Positions 19,480 to 31,419 of a DNA stretch of 64,000 nucleotides are shown here, piece by piece. Origin of the DNA: an uncultured Chloroflexia bacterium (GTDB taxonomy: Bacteria > Chloroflexota > Limnocylindria > QHBO01); contig CAWFCQ010000008.1 of assembly GCA_963814375.1 (NCBI GenBank), positions 1 through 64,000 on the forward strand, read 5' to 3'. How positions within the stretch are numbered: position 1 is the first letter of the stretch; every line of letters starts with the position of its first letter. The notes beneath the pieces are model-generated. The model saw nothing but the letters and a program-made list of their open reading frames with translations, ran no database searches and was not told the DNA's origin. The translations under genes and the position numbers were made by a program.

Positions 19480-21839
19480 ATGGGAAGCAGTGGCGCCGAT
19501 TGGGGCGCAATTCAAGTTCGCGGCGCCCGCGAGAACAACCTGCGCGATATCAACCTCGACATCCCGAAACGGCGCCTGACCGTCTTCACCGGCGTGTCCG
19601 GATCCGGGAAGAGCTCGCTCGTGTTCGAGACGATCGCGGCCGAGTCGCGGCGCCTCATCAACGAGACGTACACCGCCTTCCTCCAGGGCTTCATGGGCAC
19701 GCCGTCGCGGCCGGATGTCGACTCGCTCGAGAACCTCAGCGCGGCGATCGTGGTGGACCAGGAGCGGATGGGCGCCAACGCACGCTCGACGGTCGGCACG
19801 GTGACCGATGCCTACGACATGCTCCGCGTCATCTTCAGCCGCCTCGGCCAGCCGCACATCGGTTCATCCAGCGCGTTCAGCTTCAACGTCCCGGCGGGAA
19901 CGATCAGCGGCGAGATCACGCTCGAGCGTGGCAAGCCCAAGACGGAAGCTCGCGAGATCACAATCACCGGCGGCATGTGCCCGGAGTGCGAGGGACTGGG
20001 GCGGGTCTCGAGCGTCGACATCGACGCGCTGGTGGACCGCGACAAGAGCCTGAACGAAGGAGCGATCACGTTTCCGGGCTTCCAGCCCGGCACGTGGTAC
20101 CACCGCATCTTCGTGGACTCCAAGTTCTTCGACCCCGACAAGCCGCTCCGCGACTTCACCGATGCGGAATGGGAGCGCTTCCTCTACGGCCCCGAGGCGA
20201 AGGTCAAGACCGAGCTCGTCAACCTTACCTACGAAGGGCTGGTCGACAAGATCCGCAGCCGATACCTCATCAAGGACGCCGACTCGCTCCAGCCGAGCCT
20301 GCGAGCGGCGGTCGAACGGGTCGCGACCTTCACGGACTGCCCGTCGTGCGAGGGCACGCGACTGAACGAGGCGCGCGCGATCGTCGCTGATCGACGGCAA
20401 GAACATCGCCGAGTGCTCGGCGATGCAGATCAGCGACCTGGCCGAGTGGCTGCGCGGCCTCGACGCGCCCGGTGCGGGGCCGATGATCGAGCATCTCGGT
20501 GCGGTGCTCGACACGTTCGTCTCCATCGGCCTCGGCTACCTGAGCCTGGATCGCGAGTCGTCGACCCTGTCGGGCGGCGAGTCGCAGCGCGCCAAGATGG
20601 TCCGCCACCTCGGCTCGAGCCTGACCGACATGACCTACGTCTTCGACGAGCCGACGATCGGCCTCCATGCGCACGACGTGGAGCAGATGAACGGCCTCCT
20701 CCAGCGGCTGCGTGACAAGGGCAACACCGTCCTCGTGGTCGAGCACGACCCGGAGGTGATGCGGGTCGCCGATCACGTGGTCGACATGGGGCCGGGCGCC
20801 GGCACGCCACGGCGGCGAGGTCGTGTACGAGGGCTCCTACGCCGGGCTCGCCGCGTCGGGCACGACCACCGGCCAGCACCTCGACGTCCAGCAGACCGTC
20901 AAGGACGCGGCCCGGACGCCCGCCGGCGCGATCCCGATCCGCGACGCCAGCCTGCACAACCTGCGCGACGTCTCGGTCGACGTGCCGACCGGCGTGCTGG
21001 TGGCCGTCACCGGGGTGGCCGGCTCGGGCAAGAGCTCGCTCATCCGCGGCTGCCTGCCGCGGACGGATCCCTCGGTCACGTTCATCGACCAGTCCGCCAT
21101 CCGCGGATCGCGGCGTTCCAACCCGGCCACCTACACCGGCATCCTCGAGCCGATTCGCAAGGCGTTCGCATCGGCCAACGGGGTGAAGCCGGCGCTGTTC
21201 AGCGCGAACTCGGAGGGCGCCTGCCCCGAGTGCAAGGGGCTCGGCCTGATCTACACCGATCTCGCCTTCATGGCGGGCGTCGTCAGCGTCTGCGAGGTGT
21301 GCGAGGGCCGCCGATTCACCGATGAGGTCCTCGGCTACCAGCTGCGCGGCAGGAACATCGCCGAGGTGCTCGACATGTCGGTCGAGGAGGCGGCCGCCTT
21401 CTTCACCGAGAAGCCGGTCAAGGTCATGCTCGATCGCCTGGCCGATGTCGGCCTCGGCTACATCTCGCTGGGCCAGATGCTCAACACGCTCTCGGGCGGC
21501 GAGCGCCAGCGGCTCAAGCTCGCGATCGAGATGAGCGGCGACGCCGATGTCTACGTCCTCGACGAGCCGACCTCGGGGCTGCACATGCACGACGTCGACA
21601 ACCTCATCGGCCTCCTCGACCGCCTGGTGGACTCGGGCCGGACGGTGATCGTGATCGAGCACAACCTCGACGTGGTGGCGCGGGCAGACTGGGTGATCGA
21701 CCTCGGGCCGGGCGCCGGCCACGACGGCGGACGCGTGGTGTTCGAGGGGCTGCCGGCCGAGCTGGTGCGCGCGTCCGGGACGCTGACCGGGGAACACCTG
21801 CGTCGACGGTTGGAGGCTGAGGCGCCGGTTCCGGCCTAG
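19480..21839 (+). CDS. UvrA-like ABC ATPase (class II, UvrA2/DrrC type); frameshifts near 20370 and 20805
   Basis: [24 protein letters not shown], second [21 protein letters not shown] zinc motifs. Confidence 0.9.
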
Positions 21840-23065
21840 GGCTCAGGCGTGAAGCGCCAGACCTCGTTGTTGCCAATGAGATACAGCTCGCCGTCCGGGC
21901 TCCACAGGAGGTCTGCGTCCCAGACCGTGGTCCACTCCGGCGGCTCCACGCTGAGGAAGGAGCCGCCGGCGACCGGAATCGCCCAGAGCTCGGTGAAGGC
22001 GTAGGGGCCTGGGACGTAGATCGCATCGTCGGGGCCGAGCGCTGCATGCCAGGGGTCCACCCACGGGCCGGGGACGGAGACGACGTCCGACCAGCTGTCG
22101 GCGACCGGGTCGTAGCGGACGATCTGGAGCGTGGTCTGGGGCCCGGCTACCCCGTTACCGCCGGCAAGCATGAAGAGGTCGTCGTCAGGACCGGCGTATA
22201 CGAGACAGAAATCGCCGGGGGTGGCCGAGATCCGATCGAACGAATCGTCCGCTGGATCGTAGGCGACGAGCTCGGTCTGTGATGAGCCGAAGCTCTCGGC
22301 CCAGCGATAAATGCGCCCGTCTGCACCCCCTGCGAGGTTGCAGCCGGTCCACAGATCGGTCTCGGGCATAATGTCGAACGGTGTCATCTGCCAGCTGTCA
22401 CCGGAGATGTCGATGACGAAGTCCTGTGCATAGACGCGGCGGCCATCGGCGGACAGTGCGAGCGGATGGTCGGTCCCGAGGTTTGGTTCCGCGCCAACGA
22501 ACTGGACCGGGTTCCAGCTGTCAGCTTCCGGGTCGTAGAGGACGGCCGGTGGCTCGTTCTCTTCGTTGCCTCCGTAGCGAAACACAACGATGCGGCCGTC
22601 GGGCAGCCACATCGATTGGACGGTGCGGAGATGGGTGCCCGGCATGTCCGCGAGGCGCGTCCAGGTGCCCTCGATGTCGTAGGTCGGCGGGCCGTATCCA
22701 CCGCCGAACCCGCCTTCCGGCGGGGTTGCCGTCGGCGTCGGGGAGGCCGACCGGCTCGGCTCGACGCTGGCATCGACGCTCTCTTCGACGCTGGCATCGA
22801 CGCTCTCTTCGGCGCTCTCAGCGGCGGTCGCACTCGGAGTGCTGGTGTGGGAAGGGAACGCGATCACCGACGCACTCTCGGCCGCCGACGCGGAAATGGC
22901 TGCACTGGCTGACGGGTCCAACCCTGTCGCCGGTTCGCGGACGCCCGCGGTCACCAGCGCGAACGTCACGCCGACGCCCACCGCGGCCACCGCCACGACC
23001 GCGATGACAACGGCGCGCATCGGTGATTGCGCGATCCAGATCTGGAGCGCCCGCATTCGGTCCAT
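21836..23065 (-). CDS. Membrane-anchored Kelch/beta-propeller-like protein
   Basis: N-terminal TM, Ser/Ala linker, repeated YDP.AD.W/F motifs. Confidence 0.75.
   Translation of the reverse strand: MDRMRALQIWIAQSPMRAVVIAVVAVAAVGVGVTFALVTAGVREPATGLDPSASAAISASAAESASVIAFPSHTSTPSATAAESAEESVDASVEESVDASVEPSRSASPTPTATPPEGGFGGGYGPPTYDIEGTWTRLADMPGTHLRTVQSMWLPDGRIVVFRYGGNEENEPPAVLYDPEADSWNPVQFVGAEPNLGTDHPLALSADGRRVYAQDFVIDISGDSWQMTPFDIMPETDLWTGCNLAGGADGRIYRWAESFGSSQTELVAYDPADDSFDRISATPGDFCLVYAGPDDDLFMLAGGNGVAGPQTTLQIVRYDPVADSWSDVVSVPGPWVDPWHAALGPDDAIYVPGPYAFTELWAIPVAGGSFLSVEPPEWTTVWDADLLWSPDGELYLIGNNEVWRFTPEP
22761..22808. repeat. 24-bp perfect tandem duplication (EESVDASV x2)
   Basis: TCGACGCTGGCATCGACGCTCTCT twice. 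Confidence 0.9.
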
Positions 23066-23175
23066 GAGTCCTACGGCCTTTCTGCCGCGCTGGCTCGGCG
23101 GTTAGCGGCCACTGTCCCACGTCCCTACTGCGGACGCACTGCGGTGCCGGCGACGTGGCGCGTTGTCGCCAGGCG

Positions 23176-23366
23176 CGGTGATCGTCATCGAGCACAACCT
23201 GGACGTAGTTGCGCGCAGCGACTGGGTCATCGATCTGGGTCCCGGCGCCGGCCACGACGGTGGACGCGTGGTTTTCGAGGGTCCGCCATCGGAGCTCGTC
23301 CAGGCGTCCGGCTCTCTGACCGGGGAGCATCTGCGGCGACGGGTCGAAGTCGGCGCCTCCGCATAG
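23176..23366 (+). pseudogene. Duplicate 3' end of the uvrA-like gene
   Basis: [35 protein letters not shown] is nearly identical to 21643..21839 and has no 5' part. Confidence 0.9.
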
Positions 23367-23432
23367 TTCGCGGTCGTCCGAACGGAGGCGTCCGGCACGC
23401 GCCATGCGATTCCGAGCCCCAGGAGGTGACCG

Positions 23433-23618
23433 ATGCCGTACGACGCGATCTCGGACCTGCCGAAGGAGCAGGTCGACCAGTACTCCACCCATCAGAAGCA
23501 CGCGTTCCTCAAGGCATTCAACAACGCGCTGGACGAGTACGGCGACGAGGGCCGTGCCTTCGCCGTCGCTCACACGGCCGCGAAGAACGCGCCGGAGGAT
23601 GAACCCGAGAAGTCATAG
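23433..23618 (+). CDS. chaB: ChaB family protein
   Basis: MPY....DLP......AF.KAFNNA..EY.DE..AFAVAH; RBS AGGAGG. Confidence 0.8.
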   Translation: MPYDAISDLPKEQVDQYSTHQKHAFLKAFNNALDEYGDEGRAFAVAHTAAKNAPEDEPEKS

Positions 23619-23629
23619 GCCTCGCCCTG

Positions 23630-24355
23630 TCAGTCGGGCCGGTCTCCGTCGGCGGCAGCCTCCTTCCCGGGCGTCGGGAAGAGAACCGGGAGGCGGGCCT
23701 GCGCGCGCGGTACCGAGCCGGTGGTGAAGGCGAGCAGACCGGCGAAGACCAGGATCGCACCGCCGACACCGACCCAGACCGGAAGCGCGTCCGATAGCCC
23801 GAAAAGCAGCGCCAGCACGCCGGCGAGCACCCCACCGACCATCGAGACGATGAGCCCGATCATCCCGCTCGAGGTCGACACCCCGTAGACGATCTGGCCC
23901 GGAAGGCTCTCGGGCAGGTGGCCGTACGCGGTGAGCACGGCATCGACATCATCGTGGGTCGCGGCCGTGAAGTAGGGCGCCACGATCGGGGCGATCTCGG
24001 TGTAACCGTGCCGGATGCGGGCCATGCCATGGAGGGCGCGCAGGTCGTCGACGTTGGCGCCGTTCATCCGGCCGTACGTCGTCAGCCCGACGACAAGGTC
24101 GAAGGTCAGGACGATGGCCGCGACCGTCAGGAACTGGCTCCCGAAGCTCATCCCCTGGGACAGCAGGGCGAGGGCAACGAACGACATCGAGAGGAAGGTC
24201 AGGAACATCCCGCCGCGCACGAACGCCTCGTTGTAGGCCAGTGACCGCGCCGTGAGGAGGCTCCAGTGCTCGGTCGTCAGCAAGGTGATGGCGCGGGGAT
24301 CGCTCAGGGACGTGACCGGGGCCACGTCGTCAGGCGGCGGAGTCTCGGGGGGCAT
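23630..24355 (-). CDS. Conserved hypothetical membrane protein (4 TM)
   Basis: LTTEHWSLL.ARS N-terminal motif; hydrophobic helices. Confidence 0.8.
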   Translation of the reverse strand: MPPETPPPDDVAPVTSLSDPRAITLLTTEHWSLLTARSLAYNEAFVRGGMFLTFLSMSFVALALLSQGMSFGSQFLTVAAIVLTFDLVVGLTTYGRMNGANVDDLRALHGMARIRHGYTEIAPIVAPYFTAATHDDVDAVLTAYGHLPESLPGQIVYGVSTSSGMIGLIVSMVGGVLAGVLALLFGLSDALPVWVGVGGAILVFAGLLAFTTGSVPRAQARLPVLFPTPGKEAAADGDRPD

Positions 24356-24487
24356 CGGTCTCTCCTTGGGGTCGAGTCACGTGATTGTGCGACCAATGCG
24401 CGGCGCGAATCGGCCGCGACTGCCCGCTGGCTCCTCGCGCGCCTCGACGAGGCAGCCGCGTTGGATGGGACCGAGGCCTTGAGCGCC

Positions 24488-27400
24488 TCAGCCGGCGCGA
24501 GCCACCTGCCGGCGCCGGGCCTGTGCTGCCACGGCGGCGGCAATCAGGAGCAGCAGGCCACCCTGCGCGAGGCTGGGCGCGGCCATCGCCGTGTTGGGCA
24601 GCTCGCCCTCATCCTCATCGGGCAGCTCGCCGGCGGCTGGGTCCTCGATGACGCCGAAGTCGGCATCCAGGAACTCGTCGCCCTCCGCGACGGTCACGGT
24701 GTAGGTGCCGGGGGTGGTGAGGGTGCTCCCGATCGAGGTCATGTCGAGCACGACGGTGTACTCGCCCGCAGCTACGGTGGCGCGGTAGTGGCCATCCGCG
24801 TCGGTCGTGGCCGTGACCTCGGCACCCGTCGCGGTGTTCGTGATCGTGACCCGAGCTCCGGCGATGCCCGCCTCACCGGCATCCTGGACCTGGTTGCTGT
24901 TCGGGTCCGCCCAGACCAGGTCGCCGATGATGGCGGGCAGCGGGCCTGCCGCGGTGTAGTTGGCGGGATCCGTGTCCGTCGACGGGCTGTTCGAGGAGGT
25001 CGAGCCCGCTGACGGTAGCGATGTTCGTGTGCAGTCCCGCCACGGCGGTCGATGACGCCTCGTAGATCCACACCTCGCCCGGCTCGAGTTCGCCGATGAC
25101 GCCCGCGTCGCCGCCCGTGAAGACCGGCACGAGACCCTGGTCGTCGACGAGCACGACGTTGCGGATCAGGATGTTGCCGGGGTTGGTGACCTCGTACGTC
25201 CAGGTGATCGGATCGCCCGCGTCGAGCTCGAGGCCGGGCGCGGTGTCCGCGTCATCCCCGTTCACGAACTTCTCGACGTCGATCTGCGAGACGAAGCCGA
25301 AGTAGTGGGATGGATCGGTGTCGGAGACCGGTCCGCCCCCGCTCGTGCCCGTCGCAGTCCCGATGTTTGCGTACTGGCCCAGCTCCGCGACGCCCGCGGG
25401 GGCCGTGCAGGTCACCGTTCTCGCCGATCGCGAGGTCGGTCTGGGGACAGGTGACCGTCAGGCCCTGGTCATCGGTCACGACGAGGCCGCTGATAGCGGT
25501 GTTCCCGCTGTTCGTCACTTCGTACGTCCAGGTGACGGGATCGCCCTCAGGGATGAAGACGCCGGTCGGTTCGTCGGAGTCCTGACCGTTCGTGTACTTC
25601 TGAAGATCGATGCCCGGGACGCCGCCGAAGTAGTGCGACGGGTCGCTGTCGGACACTTCGGTCCCGATCGGCGTGATTCCCACGACGATCGCGTGGTTCG
25701 TGTATTGGTCCTCTTCCGCTATCCCGGCCGCCGCGCAGACCATCGAGGCTCCGGCCGCCAGCGTGTCCGCCGGGGCAGGTGACCGTGACCCCCTTGAGAT
25801 CGGTGACCACGATGTCCGTGAGCTGCCGAGTTGCCGATGTTCGTCACCGTGTACTCCCAGCTGACGGCACCTCCAGCCAGCACATACGGGCCGGGCGGCA
25901 GGTCTGCGTCCACGCCGTTCGTGGTCTTCTCGATGTCGATGCCGCCCTGGACGCCGAAGTAGTTGGCCGGGTCAGTGACCGGTGGCACGACGGTGCCGCC
26001 GAGCGTCGTCGCGGTCGCGGTGGCGATGTTCGTGTGCTGGCCGACCAGGGCCGGTGCCGAGGCATGGCAGAAGACTGATTGCCCTGGGTTCAGGATGAGC
26101 AGCCGAGGGCAGCCGAGGACGAGCGCGGGCACCTGGTTGTCGGTGACACCCCATGTGACCGGGACGTTGCCCGTGTTCGTCACCTCGTAGATCCAGGTGA
26201 CGGTTTCGCCGATGCCGAATAGTGGACCCGTGGGCGTGTCCGCCGGATCCTGGCCGGTGTACTTCTCGAGCGTGATCGACGGCACCTCGCCGATGTAGTG
26301 CGAGGCATCCGAGTCGGACACGACCGTGCCGATGGCGTCCGTGCCGGTCGACCGAGCCGATGTTCTCGTACTGCCCTGCGACCGCGATCCCGACCGGGGC
26401 GGTGCACGGCATCGAGGCGCCGGCGGCGAGTGTCGTGCTTGGGCATGTGACCACCACGCCCTGGCTGTCCGTGACGGCGATCCCCGTGAGCGGGCCGCTG
26501 CCGGTGTTGGTGACGACGTAGGTCCACGTCACCGGATCGCCGACGGCGACGATCGGACCGGGCGGAAGGTCCGCATCCTCACCATTGGTGGCCTTCTCGA
26601 TATCGATCCCCGAGACGATGCCGAGGTAGTGCGAGTCGTCGCTGTCGGTGACCCCCGTTCCGAACGGATCGGTGGCGGTCACGGTACCGGTGTTGGCGTA
26701 CTGGCCGACCTCCGGCGTCCCTTCCACCTCGCACGTGAACGATGCTCCCGGAGCCAGCGTCGCCGGCGCGGGCGCGCCGAGGCAGACGACAGGGGTCGTG
26801 GTCGTTCCGACGGTGTCCGTGATCGCGATGGTCGAGAGCGTCACGTTGCCGGTATTCGTGACCGTGTACGTCCACGTGACGACCTCGGTCGGCGGGTCGG
26901 AGACAGGGACGAACGGCCCGGGCGGGTCATCGGCATCGGCGCCGTTCGTCCACTTCTCGATGTCGACGGCGGGCGCGGGTGGGACTCGGTTCACCATGAC
27001 GCAGGTGGTGATCGCGTCCTTCGGGACGACGGCCGTGAACGTGCCCACGCCCACGGTGATGGTAAGTGGCCGGTCGGTCGGATTGGCGGGCGTGCGGAAT
27101 GTGCAGCGCGTCGCCGTGGTGTCATTGACGAAGCCCGGCGGGGGCGGCACGGCGGCGGGATTCTCCTCCGTCACGACGATCGTCTGATTTCCGGTGCCGC
27201 TAGGACGCCAGTCGAAGGCGATGAATCCGTCGCCCCCGGTCGTGCCGACGGCGGTGCTTCCGGTCGCGCCGGGCGGCTGCGCCCACGAAACCGGGGTCGG
27301 CGTGACGACGCCGGTCATCTCCCACCCGCCGGCAGGCAGCAGGTCATCGGTGCCCGGGTCGGGGGTGAGGTCGACGAGCTTCTGGACGTTGACGACCGGG

Positions 27401-28302
27401 GCGCACAACGCGAACGCGAGTGCCCGCAGGCCGTCCTCGAGCTCGTCGAAGTTGGGAACCCGGTAGACATCGGTCTGCGGGGTGAACGCCTGCCCGCTGG
27501 TGAGGACATCCGGCCCGGAGACGTCGATGAGACGCTGGAGCGACGCAGGGCTGGTGAGACCACTGCCCACGGCGATGGCGAGCACGTGCGATCCCTGGCC
27601 CTTCAGCCCATTCGCGTTCGAGACGGCACGGTCCTTGGCCGTCGTGTTTCCGGCGTCGTCGGTCTCGTCGTCCTCCACCAGCGGTACCTTGAGCTCGTAC
27701 TCGTTCTGGGCGACGTTCGGGTTGCCAGGGTCGTACGTGACGCTCCCGTTGGGAGGTGGATTCTCGACGATCGCGTTGGGATCACCGTCGGTGATGAAGA
27801 CGGTCAGGTGCGGCCGGGTCGAGCTCGGACGAGGCAGCAGGTACCGGCCCACCCGGAGCGAGTCCTCCCAGTTCGTGCTCCCGCCTGGGTTGTAGTTGGT
27901 GTTGATGTACGGGTTGAAGATCCCGTTGATCGACGAGTCGTGACGCGTCGTGTAGGCGCGGGTCGCCGGCGCCGCGAGCGGCAGCCTGGCAACCGACGAG
28001 AACTCGGCGACGGCGATCCGCGAGCCGGTGTTGTTGAGCGCCGCGGTGAACGCCTTGAACGCGTCCTGCACGTTCACCTTGAAGTTCCCGACCGATCCCG
28101 ACTCGTCCAGGATGATCAGCGCGTCGAGCCCGCACGCCTGCGGCATGTCTGGGTTCGGAGCGGGTGTGTCGTCCTCGCCCGGCGCCGCAGCCACCCGCGG
28201 CGCCGCGATCCCGGCCATGAATGCAGCCCAGAGCAACAGGGCAATTGCCAGCGGAGCGATGCGTGTCCTTGGCCGCTCCGCGCGGACCACGCCGAATCTC
28301 AT
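24488..28302 (-). CDS. Large surface adhesin: signal, VWA domain, six DUF11/CnaB-like repeats, SdrD-B-like domain, LPNTA anchor (several frameshifts)
   Basis: MIDAS DESGS, ITDGDPN; six (I/L/V)(E/Q)K...D.D..P.G..V/ITW.Y.VTN.G repeats over ORFs 25972, 25719, 25252, 24873; C-terminal LPNTA + TM + RRR. Confidence 0.85.
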
Positions 28303-28382
28303 TCCCACTCCAAGGTATGCCCGCATACGTTACCGTCCGAATGCAAGCCCCATGGCTGGGCGGTCGCTCGGGCGCGCCAAGG

Positions 28383-28793
28383 TCAGATCGCGCGCATCCG
28401 GTTGTTGCGCGGGTTGTGCTCGAGCTCGGCGAGGCCCAGGGCCTCGAGCAGCGGCGGCATGTACATCCCGAATCGGCCGCGATAGCCCTTGCGCAGCCCG
28501 TACCAGCCGCCGAGCGGGTTGTCGGCTGCGCGACCGAAGGCCTCGACCGTGCCGGCCGGCGCCTCCTTCTGCTCGTCCGTGGCGCCGAGGGGCACCCAGT
28601 CTCCCTGGGCCTTGAGCCAGGCGTGCAGGTCGTCGATGGCGCGGGCGTCGTACATGAGCTTCGTCGAGCCGACCTGGCAGACGATCTGCGGCGGGTCGGC
28701 GGAGTCGTCGCGGTACATCGTGTACTCGCTCGTCCCCGGCGGGGTCTTCAGCTGCCAGGGATCGTCCTTCGTGCCTGAGCCGGTGGTTCCCAT
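28383..28793 (-). CDS. Conserved hypothetical protein (DUF6855-like)
   Basis: GTKDDPWQLKTPPGTSEY...GGWYGLRKGYRGRF; family name from memory. Confidence 0.75.
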   Translation of the reverse strand: MGTTGSGTKDDPWQLKTPPGTSEYTMYRDDSADPPQIVCQVGSTKLMYDARAIDDLHAWLKAQGDWVPLGATDEQKEAPAGTVEAFGRAADNPLGGWYGLRKGYRGRFGMYMPPLLEALGLAELEHNPRNNRMRAI

Positions 28794-28811
28794 CGGTATC
28801 TCTCCCGTGCG

Positions 28812-29268
28812 CTAGGCGGCCCGTTCGGCCGTCTCGATGAAGTGGGGGAGGAGCGTGCTCCAGCCGCCCATGTTCCGATCGCGCCACGACTGTCCCTCGG
28901 CCCCGAGGTTCTCCCAGCCGCGGTGCTCGATCTCGACCCGCGTGGCCGAGCCGTGCGGGGTGAAGCGGATCTCGACCTCGGTCGCGTCCGCCCGGTCTCG
29001 GCGCAGGTGCCAGAGATAGATGAGCCGATGCGGCGGCTCCCAAGGCGGTCACCTCGCCCCAATCGTGCTCGGTCCCGGCCGCGGTGCGCTCGTAGATCCG
29101 CCCGCCGACGCGCCCCTCGAGGACGACTCGGAGGTTCGGCTCGCCCGACGCGGTGTGGTCGGCGGGCCACCACGCAGCGATCCGCTCGGTCCACGTCATG
29201 AAGGCATGCTCGGGCGAGCAGTCCACCTCGAATGCAAGGCGAAGCGGGTCGATCGGCTCGAAGCTCAT
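28812..29268 (-). CDS. SRPBCC/Aha1 domain protein; frameshift near 29045
   Basis: AF..WT..I..WWP, GGRIYER, TEVEIRF, EHRGWE. Confidence 0.8.
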
Positions 29269-29564
29269 CGGTCGACGGTGTTCTCGGCCAGGAGGCGGAA
29301 CCGGGTCGCGGCGTCGCCCCACACCCGCTCGAGATAGGTGGCGACGCCGTCCAGGCCCTCGCGCCGAAGGGCGTAGATCCGACGCGTGCCGATGCGCTCT
29401 TCCTCGACCAGGCCGGCATCCTTGAGCAGGCGCAGGTGCCAGGAAACTGCCGGCCTCGTCACCGGAAGCGATGCGGCCAGCTCGCCGACCGGCCTCGGGC
29501 CGTCGGCCAGGAGCGTCAGGATCGCGCGTCGCTGCGGATCGCCCAGTGCCTCGAATGGGTCCAC
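29265..29564 (-). CDS. ArsR/SmtB family regulator
   Basis: FEALGDPQRRAIL...VSWHLRLLKDAGLV. Confidence 0.88.
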   Translation of the reverse strand: MDPFEALGDPQRRAILTLLADGPRPVGELAASLPVTRPAVSWHLRLLKDAGLVEEERIGTRRIYALRREGLDGVATYLERVWGDAATRFRLLAENTVDR

Positions 29565-29595
29565 GCGGCCGACCGTCGCGACGCCGGCGGACGCC

Positions 29596-30014
29596 TTAGC
29601 TGGCCTCGGCACGCGCCTTGAGCCCATCGACGAACTTGCGGAACGACGGATCGAGGTCGGGGATCGATCGGAACATCATCCCGGCCAGCGGGCCCGAGTA
29701 CTCCTCGCGCATCGAGAGGGTGACGCCTTCGCCCTTCGGCGTGACCCGGAAGGTGCGCGTACGCCGGTGAAGAGGCCCATCGGCAGCCCGCCGGTCCAGG
29801 TCATCGAATCGGGTGGTTGCATCGCGACGGTCACGGGGAAGGCGCGTCCCGGGCTGACCTCGCTGTGAACGGTGATCTTCTCGCCGTGGGCGATCCGGCC
29901 CTCGACCTTCGTCACGCCGGAGTCCCAGCTCGGGTAGGCAGGCCCGTCGGTCAGGATCTCCCAGACTCGCTCGGACGTTGCGTTGATGTCATCGGAGGCT
30001 TCGAAGGCGCGCAT
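29596..30014 (-). CDS. SRPBCC domain protein (frameshifted)
   Basis: VWEILTD...YPSWDSGV, WTGGLPMGLF, REEYSGPL, IPDL. Confidence 0.8.
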
Positions 30015-30027
30015 CGAGTGACGTCCT

Positions 30028-30070
30028 CATCGGTCAATGGTGGTCTACCGTAAACCGATATTGACCGATG
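30028..30070. promoter_or_regulatory. Inverted repeat, probable operator upstream of the SRPBCC-ArsR operon
   Basis: CATCGGTCAAT-N21-ATTGACCGATG perfect 11-bp arms. Confidence 0.55.
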
Positions 30071-30099
30071 CGCAAGAGCCCCAGGTCAGGCGGACCGGG

Positions 30100-31357
30100 T
30101 CAGGCGCTGAGGGCGCCACCGGATGCATCCTCGACGACGGCGAGCTGGGCCTCGAGCTCCTTGACACTGCGGAGGACGCCGGCGCGCAGCATGTCGAGCG
30201 CAGTCGACACGTCCTCGGCGGTCGAGCCGATGTTGGTGAGCTTCGTCTTGAGGCTGCGCACGACGTCCACCTGGCGGGTCAGGTCCTCGAGGGAGCGCGT
30301 CACCGCCTCCGCGTCGAGCTGGACCTGCGCGTCGCGCAGGGTCAGCAGGGCGAGGATGCGGGCCGTGCGATAGGCGGCCTCGAGCGCGACGGCATCGTCC
30401 GTCTCGGGGTCGTAGGTGGTGAAGACATCGCTGCCGACGAGCGCCAGCGGCGAGACCGATGCGTGAGCGGTGCGCGGCGTGAAGACGGCCATCGCGATGG
30501 CGGCGGAACGATTCGTTCGCGCCTCGGACAGCTCGGCGGTCATGCGGCCGAGCGGCATCTGGCGGTCCTTGGCCTCGACCACGATGCGCAGCCGCGACCC
30601 GCGCGTGCGGCTCGGATCGATCGTGATGACGAGGTCGCCCTTCTTGCTGGTCATGGCGTCGCCGCCCCCGGTGCCGGTGCGCTCGACGAGATCGCCGATG
30701 CCCTGCGCCATCTCGCCGAGGCGGGCCTCCAGGGCGGTCTCGAAGTCGGCGCCCTTGGCGGTGCCCTTGGCACGCTCCTCGGCGCGGGCCTTGGCGCCGG
30801 CCTCGATGGCCTCGAGCCGCTCGTTCAGGCGGCGGAACTCGCTGCTCATCTCGGAGCGGAACTGGTACAGCGGGCTTCCGTGGCGGGTGGGGTCGAGCAG
30901 CGTCGCCAGCTGCGAGCCATCGCCATCGAAGTATCGGCCGAGGAGCTCGCGCAGGCGGCCGAGCGCCGAGTCGCGGCGTCGCTCGTCGAACAGGTCGCCC
31001 GACGAGCTGGTTGAGCTTGCCGGAGTCGCCGAGGTAGGCCTCGAGCTGACGGGGCAGGCGGCCGTCCCGATCCGCGAAGTTCGTGCGCAGCGTGTCCTCC
31101 AGCGCCTTGGCCGCATCCGCCTGCTTGGCGGCCATGTCGGTCACCAGGCGGCCGAACTCGGCCTTCACGACGTCCACGTTGACCGTCGCGTTGGCGTTGC
31201 AGATGGCCAGCAGACCGATGCGCAGCGCGCGCTCCGCGATCGCCGGGCGATCCGCGTCCGACGCTTCCGCCAGGTACGCGGCGAGCGTCGGATCGTGCAG
31301 CACGAGCTGCTCGACGGTGATCGCCTGGCCGGTGACGGAGACACGCGTTTCGGTCAT
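30100..31357 (-). CDS. RmuC/DUF2130-like coiled-coil PD-(D/E)XK protein; frameshift near 30995
   Basis: Coiled coil, KGADFE, GDLVI, IVVEAKD nuclease-like motif. Confidence 0.7.
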
Positions 31358-31402
31358 GCCAGCAGGATCATCGGCGTTTGTGACAGCTCCCGTGTCGCAA
31401 TT

Positions 31403-31418
31403 TCGCACATCCGTTCGG
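31403..31418. promoter_or_regulatory. Candidate LexA (SOS) box
   Basis: TCGCAC-ATCC-GTTCGG, one mismatch to CGAAC-N4-GTTCG, upstream of the RmuC-like gene. Confidence 0.5.
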
Positions 31419-31419
31419 T

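Noticed and set aside
22761-22808. 24-bp tandem repeat as a functional element
   Set aside because: It is an in-frame linker duplication within a low-complexity region.
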